In this document: positions 19,007-30,200 of the stretch, in pieces
Layout: every line of letters begins with the position of its first letter
How positions within the stretch are numbered: the stretch's first letter is position 1
Source: Ptychomitrium polyphyllum
Taxonomy: Eukaryota
Reading direction: 5' to 3'
Length of the DNA stretch: 64,000 nucleotides
Assembly: GCA_973851085.1 (NCBI GenBank)
Contig: OZ316776.1
Span: 12,338,001-12,402,000 of the forward strand
Notes under the pieces: model-generated
The model's database searches: none
The model's input: only the letters and a program-made list of their open reading frames with translations
Told to the model about the DNA's origin: nothing
Program-made: the position numbers and the translations under genes

Positions 19007-20918
19007 CTATGGCATGTCATCCAGTCGAATCTCAAACATTATTTCTGAAAAAGAAATGAGATCCCATTCATGATCAACCATGTCAATCCACTTATTACCT
19101 TGAGACCTATCCAGCATCCACATGTAAGGCGGAATTGGCGGCTGAAGGGGGTCTTCCTCAAATTCTTCATCATACCAGGTGCGTCGGTCACCAAAGATGA
19201 ATATCACATCTTTAGAAACATATAGTGAGAATAGGTAAAACTTCAGCGTTTCAGGTTTCGGTATTGAGCAGATCTTGCGGCACTTGTGGTTAGGACCTTG
19301 AAATACCCAGATTCCACTCCTAGCTGTTTCGGTTTCCAAAAGATATATCTGACCTTCATATTCCACCAGAGGAAAAAAGCCCCTTACTTCCGAGAAAAAG
19401 ATGTCATTCGAGACATCTATTGATGTGCCGGTATAACCAGTATTCTTGTCATAAGCTCTAATCCCACGAAATTCACCAGCCACGTAATCTTTGTAGTAAA
19501 TAACATTATTTCCTGATGACTTGAATATACCGGCACCAGCGTTCCAGGTATTCGTTGTGGAGTCATAGACCTCCACTTTTGCTTTTACTTCCGAACAATG
19601 TGCATCATCTACAACCGTGATGGTGTACTGTTTAGTCTGTCTATCCATTACCAGATGCACGAGATTGAAAGCTTCCACGTATAATGGAAGAGGAAGTTGT
19701 TTCCATGTTCGAGTAAAGGGGTTGCACACATACAATTGTAGGTCCTGCACGGCAGCAGCCTGTTTGCACAAATGTACAAAGACAAACACTCTGTCAAAAA
19801 TAGAGAGACAATATATCAGCACCTAAATTAACTAAAACCGATATACACTAAATGATGCCAGTGTACACATAGATTCACCTTTTTCAGCATAAGACACAAT
19901 ACACCTGTAATACTAACCAAGCATACAACAAGCAGAACCCATCACCACTCATGACAATGAAGGCATTCAACCGGATGAGGTAATGAGAGAAACACTACTG
20001 ACCTGGTGACCTGATTCTACAACAGAGCCCGGACGACTACAACATAATAATCCTCCATCTCCAGCAATTGGAACATCGTAGTGCCTAGGTAGGAAATCAA
20101 ATGAGAGCGTATACCATCTCCTTTCCATGGTCCCAAAAGTCCACAATCTTTTCTGGACCGTTCCCGCTACAAAAGCAAACCTGCACGGTGAAAGTAAATA
20201 TTGGAATGAAACAACCTCCAAGCACAAAATTATCTAACACAGAAAGGTAACCATTCATGTATTCCATATCCTGCGCTAGAAACTTGGCATGGTACAAGAA
20301 AACACCAGCTTAAGGACCAAGCTATGAAGACCTGTGTGGCGTGGAAGAGCTGAAAGCGTTCTGAAAAGTCGCTGAGGTAAGCAAAGAGCGCCAGTGCTTA
20401 GAAAGGACACACAATTGAAAAATCTGGTGAAAGGGTAGCCGTGCAAACACCAATTCCATTATAGCCTGCGGCAGATTACACCACAGAGAGCTGTCCATGT
20501 CGACCTTTTCAAACACACAAACACGGTCGCACCACAACAGACTGTCGTCTTCAAAAGTATGTTTCTCTAAATGATACTTCCCAAGTTTACCAGCTACGGC
20601 TTCAACTTCACTCTCAGATAAATCATCTATAGTAGTAGTATCCACAAGACTGGCTTCGACAGATTTGTTTCGAAATAGGGATTCCATAATGGCCTCAATG
20701 GATTCTGCTACTTCATAAAGCTCCCTTCTTCGCTCCCATTTTGATTTGGAATCAATACAAATACACTTGGGATCCACTTCCAGCATTCTTTTTGTCTTCT
20801 GTACCACTTGTATGCATTCCTTGAAGGAATTGTATACCTCCTTGAGATTTTGTCCTGCTATCCTGGCAATTCTATCTGCCTCCTCCGCCGTCCCAGAATT
20901 TATGCCATTCTGCGCCAT
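19007..20918 (-). CDS. F-box protein with kelch-like/F-box-associated C-terminus and long N-terminal extension, 3 exons, 505 aa
   Basis: Exons 20918-20332, 20180-20003, 19759-19007, phase-consistent GT-AG. F-box LWCNLPQAIMELVFARLPFHQIFQLCVLSKHW, then GDGGLLCC, YVCNPFTRTWKQLP and VEVYDSTTNTW. Confidence 0.88.
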
Positions 20919-21025
20919 CTATTTCGAAGGGTACTAATCTAAATTTTTCAAAAGCAACCACACTCGACAGCAACAACACTTCTCTCTGTCATCTTTGAAC
21001 CTCGAATGCATAATTACCTTGACAA

Positions 21026-21856
21026 TTATGTTGCACTCTCCGCTCCTTCCAAGGCCTGTAGCAACATCAGTGTGTAATGAAAACCGTAAACCTAGTTTCA
21101 GTCTCATGCTGTGACTACAAATAGATGAAAAAAATCTATCAGATTACAGAGACTGGATAACTCCTTGTGATATAGAAATTAATAAATGAATTTGAGGTTT
21201 ATTAGCACGGGCCAAAGCTGGTCAGCACAACGCATAAAACCAAAATTTACATGCTCGTAGCAGAAACTTTCAAAGTCAAATTACGACACCAGAAACCATA
21301 CCAATTCAATGCTACTCATGGCATTGATAAGCGTATCAAGTTGAGTCCTGGTGAACTCAGCAACAGATGCCCGTATCTGATTTTCTGGTAAAACGCTTCC
21401 AATACCTGCCTCTTCCACTTCACTCAGAGACTTGGGTACGTACAACTCCAGTCTTAACAGAGGCTTACCAACAGACGCAATAGCTCCACTGGCAACTGCG
21501 TACTGAAACAACAAAAACAGCAACAAAACGCTCAGAGATAAACGACGCCAATCGCTTCACCTCAGCAGAGTCAATATTCTTAAGCCTTGCCGTGACAGCA
21601 GGTCACCTCCTCATCTTAATGGGATGCAGCACGACCAATTTCATTTCAGTAGTCCAAAATTAACAACCTCCACCGTACTACGCAACACAATCAAGGTCCT
21701 GCGAACTCAAAAAAGATCCACCATACCCTAAGGCCTAACAAAACCGACTTAGAAGTACTGAACACAAACCTTGAGCTTCCAGTCGAAGTCGAGGAGAGGC
21801 AGGGCGCAATCAGCACGAGGGGCGTCGAAATAACTCGATGTTTCTTGCACCGCCAT
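21026..21856 (-). CDS. Short COMM-domain protein (COMMD; sequence most like COMMD8, COMM-only architecture like COMMD6), 3 exons, 105 aa
   Basis: Exons 21856-21770, 21502-21302, 21055-21026 give MAVQETSSYFDAPRADCALPLLDFDWKLK|YAVASGAIASVGKPLLRLELYV...RASVAEFTRTQLDTLINAMSSIEL|ALEGAESAT*. DFDWK, P-L-L-x-L-x-L and the E-F-T-x-x-Q-L-x-x-L helix match the COMM pattern. Start context GCAATGGCG. Confidence 0.75.
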
Positions 21857-23936
21857 TGCTCGCCACCTGCTAATGTGAGCAGCTGTGATCCGATGCAGGC
21901 TGGCTGCAGTGAAGTGGCCGCACTCCTTTTGCCATAGTCAATGAGCACATCTCCACCTGAAGTCCTAAAGTAGCAGCAAGCATTGGGCTAGGGTTACGGC
22001 TGTGGCAGACTTCCACCAACGAAAGAGAAGAGAGCAATGGATCGCAAAAAAAAAGAATTGAGAGACTGATCGTAGAGGTGATCAAAGCTCGCTTGCAATG
22101 AAGGAAGCAGCAGTAGAGAGAGGAAAACAAAGCTCGACATGCTCAGGCTCATGCTCACCGCGTACGACAGTCAAGACTGACGAGAGAGACGCTCAGAAAC
22201 TTGGACCCGGATGCAATTGTGGTTCGAGATTGTTGCAAGAAGTGACCGACTTCAAGATCGTCTGAAATCAAAACGCCGCAGTGATGGATACCTCAGCTTC
22301 ACTTCGTCGACGCTTGCATGATGGCGACAATGGCGACGGCCTACTCGGGAAGAAACCCTTGATCTGCACGAACTCAGAGAATTTTGCGCATCATCCCCCG
22401 ATTGAAACAAAATCCTCAGCCTCGAAGCAGTTTTCTATGTCGAATTTTGGTCAATACCTAGTCTATAGCCGCGCCAGTCTCGCGTGATACTGGTGAATTC
22501 CTAATGCGATACTGGTGCGATCCTGGTGCGATACCCAGGCGCGCCTTCAAGCAACTGATAGTTTGTGAACCACTGAAAGCTTCTATAAAACCCTTGGCAA
22601 TATTAGGCAGCACATGCCTAATAAATATGCATATTGCATGTTATTTTTTAATGAATTATTAGGTAATAAATTTCTATAACATTGTGCAGCCTTTAAGCAT
22701 AGAAATTCTTACTTGCAATGATTATTTCATGTTAACTTACCTCATACAAAGCTATGTTTTTCTTACTACAAGTTAGTAGATACATCAAGATTACTTTATT
22801 AAATTGTCACAAAAAGATTGGATGCCCTAAAAGAACATATAATATTACCTTTAAAAGATTGAAAGAAAATTCTAAAATTTTTGACAAATTTCTTGAAGAT
22901 ATATTTAAATATATTATTTACAATCAAAGACATATTTTGAAGTTTTTAAAACAAACTGCAATAAAGAAGAGTCTTTTTTTCATTTAAAACTTAAAAGTCT
23001 AAATTTAATTTAAGTCATAATTGGATGAATAAGTGATTAGACTCATTTGTTACAAATTATGAATATATACAAGCATACATAGCCAAAAGTTGTTACTCTA
23101 GACAAATTTTGATAATACATACATAATTAAATTCCAAAATTGTTTTTAAACTATGATGGTAATTAAGAACAAAGTTTATTTATTTGTTTTTATAATTGTG
23201 TGTAAAATCTTATAAATCTTAAGGTTCATAGAAGTGTTCTTGATAATACTAAAATTCCTCATAAAGGGAAGGTGCACATTGGTGGTTTTACATCCTTTGA
23301 AATATTATTGTGACAAATATTGAATTTAGAACATTTTATTTTGAAAACAACAAAATTTCATATTTTTGTTTCGGTTTGAGTTGTGAAGCAGGTGCATGGT
23401 TGTGCCATACTTGTATGAAAATGTAGAAAATATATATAGAAATGTTTAAAGTAAAGATAAGGATAAAGGTAAATGTGAAAACCAAATCCAAAACATGTAA
23501 CACAGTTGTTCGAAGGAGCCAGGCTGATGCAGATTGGGTATGCGAACCGAGTGCAAATACTGCAAGCGATATCAGAAACTTAAACTTCCAAAGATACCTG
23601 ATTTACGGAGACGAGGCGGAATTATCCAACACGTGGGCTTTAATCATTGGACCAGCGTCAAAACTTGTGTCTTAGCATCGTCCTCGATGGAACCACCGTC
23701 CAAATAACTGCTGCAGGGTCCCGACCATTTGGGGGAGACAAGTATCCAAAGCCGTTAGCGCACCCCAAAACCGGCATCACTTCGACTAAGTCGACGTTTC
23801 AATTTCGCAATCCACAAAAGCATAGATAAAACCGGTTTCGGGTACGCTGACGGGTTTAGGGATTCGTCTCTTTGTTGTACCAAGGAAGCTTTGCTCGTGT
23901 TGGTTCCAGCCTAACCGCTGGCTATGGTGGACCTCC

Positions 23937-25319
23937 ATGGCTACCATTGCGCTCTTCCTGCGCTTCACCAGCCGCCCCGCGGTGGGGCGGAGTGTGCACA
24001 CTCTGGGCGCATTGACAGGGAGTGTTGATAGAGCGTGGTCTGGCGCTTCGGTAGGTCTTCGCGGCTATGGATCTCTTGGAGGAAGGATCCGGTATGGATT
24101 GCTCAATGGAGTTCGACATAGGGTTTCATCCGGTAGGGTTTTGTGCCGGGGAACGGCAAGCGCCGCGCTTTCGTGGGGTGGGAAGGGGGTGGGAAGTGGA
24201 GCAGGGGTTGGGGGAGGGTTGCAGGGGAAGATTAGAGTCTCGTCGGTGGTGACCGCGTCGTTGCGATGTTACTATGAGATTTCGAAGGCGCGGTTGAGTA
24301 TGTTGGTGGTGACGACGGCAGGGTTAGGGTTTGTGATGGGGAGTGGGGATGTGGTGGATTGGGTGGGGTTGGCATGGACGTCCGCTGGGACCATGATGGC
24401 GGCGTGCTCGGCGAATGCTTTTAATCAGATTATGGAAATTGCGAATGACTCGCGGATGAAGAGGACGATGCGGAGGCCGCTGCCCTCCGGGCGGATGAGT
24501 TTGCCTCATGCGGTAGCTTTTGCGGTGACGATGGGAGTTGGCGGGGTTGCGACGTTGGCGTACCAGACGAATGTGTTGACAGCGGAGCTTGGGGCTGCTA
24601 ATTTATTGTTGTACACGTTGGTGTACACGCCTTTGAAGCAGATTCACTGGATTAATACGTGGGTTGGGGCGGTTGTTGGAGCTATTCCGCCTTTGATGGG
24701 CTGGGCTGCTGCGACTGGGCAAATCGATGCAGGTGGTTGGATTCTGGGTGCTGCACTATACTTTTGGCAGATTCCTCACTTCATGGCCTTGGCATTTCTT
24801 TGTCGTCAGGACTATGCTGCTGGGAGGTACAAAATGCTGTCGCTTGGAGACTTGTCTGGGCGCAGAACGGCTCTTGCATCATTACGTAATTGTATATACC
24901 TGCTTCCTTTGGGATTCCTCGCGCAAGACTGCAATGTTGCTTCCGGGAGCTTTGGGATGCAGATGTTTCTGCTTAGCGCTGGCTTTGGAGCTTCCGCGAC
25001 ATCATTTTATTTATCTCCAACCTCCGTTACAGCCCGCAAAATGTTTCGAGCCAGCCTTCTCTACTTGCCTATATTTATGGCTGCCATGATCTTTCAGCGC
25101 ATTCCTAACCCTAATTTGAGAAGTCATGACCAGTTGCCGTATGAACATCCCGAGAATGAGGGAGTCTCAGAATACCAGAAACGGATGGTGTACACGGATC
25201 TCAAGGGCATCGAGGAGAACATGAAACAGTGGTCGTTTTTGCCACCTATTGCCTCTCTCTCTGCTGCACCTTTTCCCTTTCTTCCAGCTCCAGAGGACAG
25301 GACTTTCCAGCAGTCTTGA
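23937..25319 (+). CDS. COX10: Protoheme IX farnesyltransferase (heme O synthase), mitochondrial, intronless CDS
   Basis: Arg/Ser-rich presequence. UbiA-family motifs EISKARLS, NQIMEIANDSRMKRTMRRPLPSG, YTPLK, GAVVGAIPPLMGWAA and WQIPHFMAL. Confidence 0.95.
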   Translation: MATIALFLRFTSRPAVGRSVHTLGALTGSVDRAWSGASVGLRGYGSLGGRIRYGLLNGVRHRVSSGRVLCRGTASAALSWGGKGVGSGAGVGGGLQGKIRVSSVVTASLRCYYEISKARLSMLVVTTAGLGFVMGSGDVVDWVGLAWTSAGTMMAACSANAFNQIMEIANDSRMKRTMRRPLPSGRMSLPHAVAFAVTMGVGGVATLAYQTNVLTAELGAANLLLYTLVYTPLKQIHWINTWVGAVVGAIPPLMGWAAATGQIDAGGWILGAALYFWQIPHFMALAFLCRQDYAAGRYKMLSLGDLSGRRTALASLRNCIYLLPLGFLAQDCNVASGSFGMQMFLLSAGFGASATSFYLSPTSVTARKMFRASLLYLPIFMAAMIFQRIPNPNLRSHDQLPYEHPENEGVSEYQKRMVYTDLKGIEENMKQWSFLPPIASLSAAPFPFLPAPEDRTFQQS

Positions 25320-25502
25320 GAAAGTATTCTCATGTCTTATCCCTTCTGGACTTCATTTACGAGCGCGATTACGGTTACATAATTCACCCCTTATATACTG
25401 GGCCCAATTCATGATGTTTTGGCCATCTCGGCAAAGTGCTGGGAGCCAATATCTACATTTTTAACGAAGACCTTTCAGTTCCACAGTTATAATGTGCAGA
25501 GA

Positions 25503-26737
25503 ATGGCTGAAGAGGAAGAGGTGAGGATTATGCGTATGCTGGGGCAACCACTTAAGAAATTGGGATTTCCTCTTAGGTATAATCTGTGAACTATCGATTC
25601 CAAAGATGTGTTCTCTGTCTTCGATGTTCATCCTCAGTTTTTATCTTGATTTTTCCTTTCTTCTTTTCCTTTAAATTTGGGCTGAGAGTTGACCTTATTT
25701 GAAATCGAAGCCAATTGAAAGTGGATTTTTAGGTGGAAGGGATATGTAATTACTTCTTGAGCACCTTCCATATCTCTTGAATTGCAGCGGCATGGGACTA
25801 CTATATGGACTCTCAAGTTTGCTTCATGACAAATCTTTCAAAGAAGAATTGTGCATGTATATAAGTGGCAGCGAGAACTGTATCACGGTACTTCTAGGTT
25901 TTATGAGATGTTCGGACTAAGAGTTACTGAACCTCCCATCCACTTGTTCAATACAGATGGTCTGTTAATTAAAATGCAGACGGAATGTACTGAAATAACA
26001 ACTGGTTGGGGATGATCCTGCTCCAAGTTTTGTTCATACAGATTTACTGTTTGTTTGCTATCTTCTGCAATTTGCGGATGCTGGACGTGTCTACAGTTTC
26101 AATGTTAGATTACCTAGAGCATTGAAGACTAAGGGCTCTAACTGCAACACTAATGTGCTCCTCTATTGTTGCACTTAGTGGCCTGAGTCTTCGATGCTCC
26201 TCCATATCCTTTGTTATGGAACAATTCAAGGTGTGAGGGTCTCGTCTCACATCTTGTTGAAATATCTAAGAAGAGAATTCGATTGAGGCAGTGCTTGTAT
26301 GCATGGGAATCGCATATAGAGAAATAGTTTCTTATTCTCTATTGTTGAAAAGGAGATCATAATCTATCTCGATGGTCATTTTCCTAGAAACTGGTCGAAA
26401 TGAGAAGCACAGGGTTTGAAGGTGTACGCAGTGATCAGTGAATCACGTGCGGGCAGAATGCAACATGTAAGTCTGACTGGAGAGTAACTTTGAATTGTGA
26501 GTTGGAGCAAAGTGAGGTTTTCGTAGGAGCATTGAAGCCTCGGGGCATTAAGTGCAATATAGAACACATCCACTTGCTCCTGAAGCTCTTTTTTTCAGGG
26601 ATGAGGCATTTAGGTTGTGTACCTACGTTGAAGGATGGTACATATCACTCATTAGAAGGGTCAACAGATACCTGGATGCAAGCTGTCACTCGTTTGATCA
26701 TTTTCGGGGACATTTAACAGTGGTAATGAAATCTTAA
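25503..26737 (+). pseudogene. Possible decayed multi-exon gene directly downstream of COX10 (identity uncertain)
   Basis: 25503-25576 and 25788-25887 splice in frame via GT-AG (MAEEEEVRIMRMLGQPLKKLGFPL|SGMGLLYGLSSLLHDKSFKEELCMYISG). Further exon-like pieces up to 26737 cannot be joined without stops. Confidence 0.3.
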
Positions 26738-28399
26738 AAGTAGTGGGTTCAGGAACAGGGTAGTTTAAACCAATTAGTAACAAATTACATTTTTTGAGAT
26801 ATGAATAGTACTCCTGTTAGTTGCAACAAATTGTCAATTTAAACAATGGTAATTTAAATGATCTTCACTTGCAACAAATGATCTGGAAACTGATCTTAAG
26901 ATTTAAGAACCAAATACAAAAAGAGTATAAATTTTATACTCCATATAAATTTCCTATGAATCTTTGAATTTGACTTTCCTAGGCCTTATACAATTTAATA
27001 GGTTAATCCATCTAAATTTAAGAGTGTGTCCATAGTTGTCACATGCAATACATATAATTACTATAAATATTTAATTGCTTCATAAGTATCCAAGTATCTT
27101 TATTATGGTGATATACTATTGGACTTGGGAGATTGTATAATGGAGACGTGTAAATATGTAAGGAATTGGAATACACTCCTAATTATTACAACTATTTTGT
27201 TTTAGTAGTTGATTTAGCTGTGGGTGAAATAAATGTATAAATTCTTTATGTACATTATTTTCTTGGAATTAGAATTCTTCTTTCTTGTAGGTGAAACCTA
27301 AAAAATCCACCCTTTCTTAATTTGTATTATATGAATTGTTTATTGAGATTCTATTTAATTCAAAGTCTGTTTTCAAAAATTACAACAATTTACAAATATA
27401 AAAAACAACAACTTATTGCATTATATAAAATTTGATTGAATAAATTTGCTTGAATATCTGATGTCATCTACTTCAAGCTCCACTGCATTTAAACATGATA
27501 TACAAAGTACTTGCATAAAGTGAAAAAGCTAAAATCAATTTTCTTTATCTATTTTTTTAAAATTTTTTTTTTATAAACCTTACTCTAATGCTTGATCTTT
27601 AATTATAGAATATTCTTTCCAAAAAGAAACAACAAATATCATGTAGCTGATGATTATTTTTTATTTTTAATATTTCCAAATAAATGGAATATCTAAATCA
27701 TCCAATTGTATTAAGGCAAATGGAATTATAAGCCATGATTTTAAGGATATAAATACTAAAATGAACTTTGTATTAGATTTTTGCAATCAATGAAATAGAA
27801 GTATGATAAGTGAAACTTTTTAAAACTTTCAATTCAATTTGTTTAAGACACTCATAGTTTTATGCAATTGAAAAACGTCAAAAAAGTATCATAATTTGGA
27901 TACAACATTTAAAATCCATTACAATAAATGTTATTCCAAAATTCTCAAAGTTTTGCTTGTATTTAGTGTTGAAACAAACTTTGAGTCTTAATTTCCAAAA
28001 TTCATCCATAAAGATTAGTAATATAAATATTAGATCATGTAGATATACATATGGATATAAATTGTAATTTACAATCTACAACTTTTGTTGCACATAATTC
28101 CAAATTGCTCATTGAAATAGTGTTCTATAAAACAATTTTGGAGATCTTCAAAACATGATATGAACAAGATTCTTTACAATTCATATGCAATGCATGTTTT
28201 AGATGTTCATGAAAGTAGCATATACAGGCCACTATACAAGTTCCTACAATGAAATTCCTTAAAATATATTCAAATCCCTATTACAAGCTGTCACTCATCA
28301 TGCTAATTCCATCCTATTACATAAAGTAGATTAAAAGATAACTAACTAATATAATAGCCACAATAACCATCTCAAAGAATTTTCTGAAGGCAAACATAA

Positions 28400-30200
28400 G
28401 TTTGGTTGTAATTGGAACCATAATAATAATAATAAAATCATTTCATTAGAAGCATCAATGTCTCAGATATGGATTGTAAGTTGGCCTATATGGAGTAGTT
28501 TGATAGGCATTGGTTCTTGTATTCAAAGCGTCCACCAACACCTATGAAACTGCTCCATATCAAAGTGCCACTCAAATGAATCCACTATGTATCAACAGCA
28601 AGAGATATACATTCTTATTCAACCACCAGTAACATTATTATTTAATCAGTATCCACATGTACATGTGTATTCCTTCGAATACTTAAACAAATGTGACAGT
28701 TTTGTTTAATTTTTCTAGAAATTTGTTAAAGAAGGATTTTTCAAAGCTTTCATAATAGTAGTTATATATTATAAAGAAGGATGTCAGATTACATATGAAT
28801 TATTCAATAGAACAAGAAAATTCAAATGTTGATACATGTTACATATTATTAAAATTGTAAGAATATGAAAATATCATAATAGAATGAATATGTTGTGAGA
28901 AAATGATATTGTGTTTTGATGTTGAAGTGTATGATGAAATGAAAATTTTCCATATAAAATAGAGATTTTCAGAGAAATCAAGCAATGGTTGTAATCGAAT
29001 TAAAAGCAAAACCTGTAGTTGAAAATATAATTGAAAATTATAGCACATAGTTGTACAAGAGTCATTTTTATAGAAGATGTGAAACAACTTAAAATGTAAA
29101 TAAAAGCTGGAAGAGAAGAATATGGTCACAACTTGTTTGGAAACAGAAATGACTGAAATGTCTACCATATAACAAAGTGGTAATATTGTGCATTTCATTT
29201 TATGTAGGAGACAAATTGTATTGGAAATAAACAATAATGCCTTGCATAAATAAAAAGTAAACGCACTCTAGGTAGAATTCTCCGTCTAAGGTTCTCTGGT
29301 GCACTTCCTAAAGGGGCAAGCATCCGAGCCAAATTGCAATTTTCACTAGTTACTAAACACAAGCGTACAAACTGAGAATATGGGTACTCTCCTTGCCCAA
29401 GTCTAGTCGTCATGTAAGTTAGTAAGTTAAAGCCCAGGCTCACTGCAGCTGAGGGTAAGAGGTTGGGTAGTAACTCCATTCTTACTGCGCTAGGTTTCCA
29501 GTGGCACAGCGTGTTGCTTGGCCTCTCAACTTGGATGTGTGCCTCCACCAGTTGTGTGTTTTGCAAGCGTTCCCATGTGCCCTCCCCACCTTCTCCTTGA
29601 CCTGGCACATGTCTTCTGTTGCCAACTCTGTGCCAGCCTCCCTCGTTGCATATCATGTGCAAAACCTGCACTTTCATAGATTCCAGCTTTCAGCTATTGC
29701 CCTGAGCTTTCTGAAACTGAAAATTCAACTCCAGTTTCAAAGTGGTCTGCTACTTCGTTTATCCAAGTCGAGGAATTTAGTAGAATTCTCTTCCTTCGAG
29801 TTTTCAGAATGTATTGTAGTCTCCAGCATTCTATGACACACTCCTGGTTTGAGGGATTGATTAGGGAGATTTGGGCACTTGGGGCAACCAGAGGACGCAC
29901 TTGTTGAATGTTTCTATTAACGTTTTTATTCATACAATATAATGACGTAGTTTTGTTATTGTAATGTAATTTTCAATTTCACTTGATTCATCTTGAAAAT
30001 ATTACATATGATATCGGTATCCATTTCAGTGTTCAAGAGCAGTTCTGGGTTCCCCCAGGGTTTAGTGAGCAGGAAGAGGAAGGCCAAGCTCAGGCATTTG
30101 TAGTTTTGACGAGGACAAAACGAAGTTGCTATGCAGTGCATGCTGGAGCCCTTGCAAATCCAAGCTCCTGTGCAGCACACACACCACTAAGTTCATAGTG
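28400..30200 (-). mobile_element. Possible decayed DNA-transposon coding remnant
   Basis: Interrupted Cys/His/Trp-rich minus-strand frames (e.g. CCTGAWICKGSSMHCIATSFCPRQNYKC) inside AT-rich, CpG-poor DNA. No termini found. Confidence 0.25.

Noticed and set aside
21691..22130. ORFs 21691-21948 and 21870-22130 as extra COMMD coding exons
   Set aside because: Available splice phases lead to a stop or the wrong frame before DFDWK, so they are treated as 5'UTR or intron.
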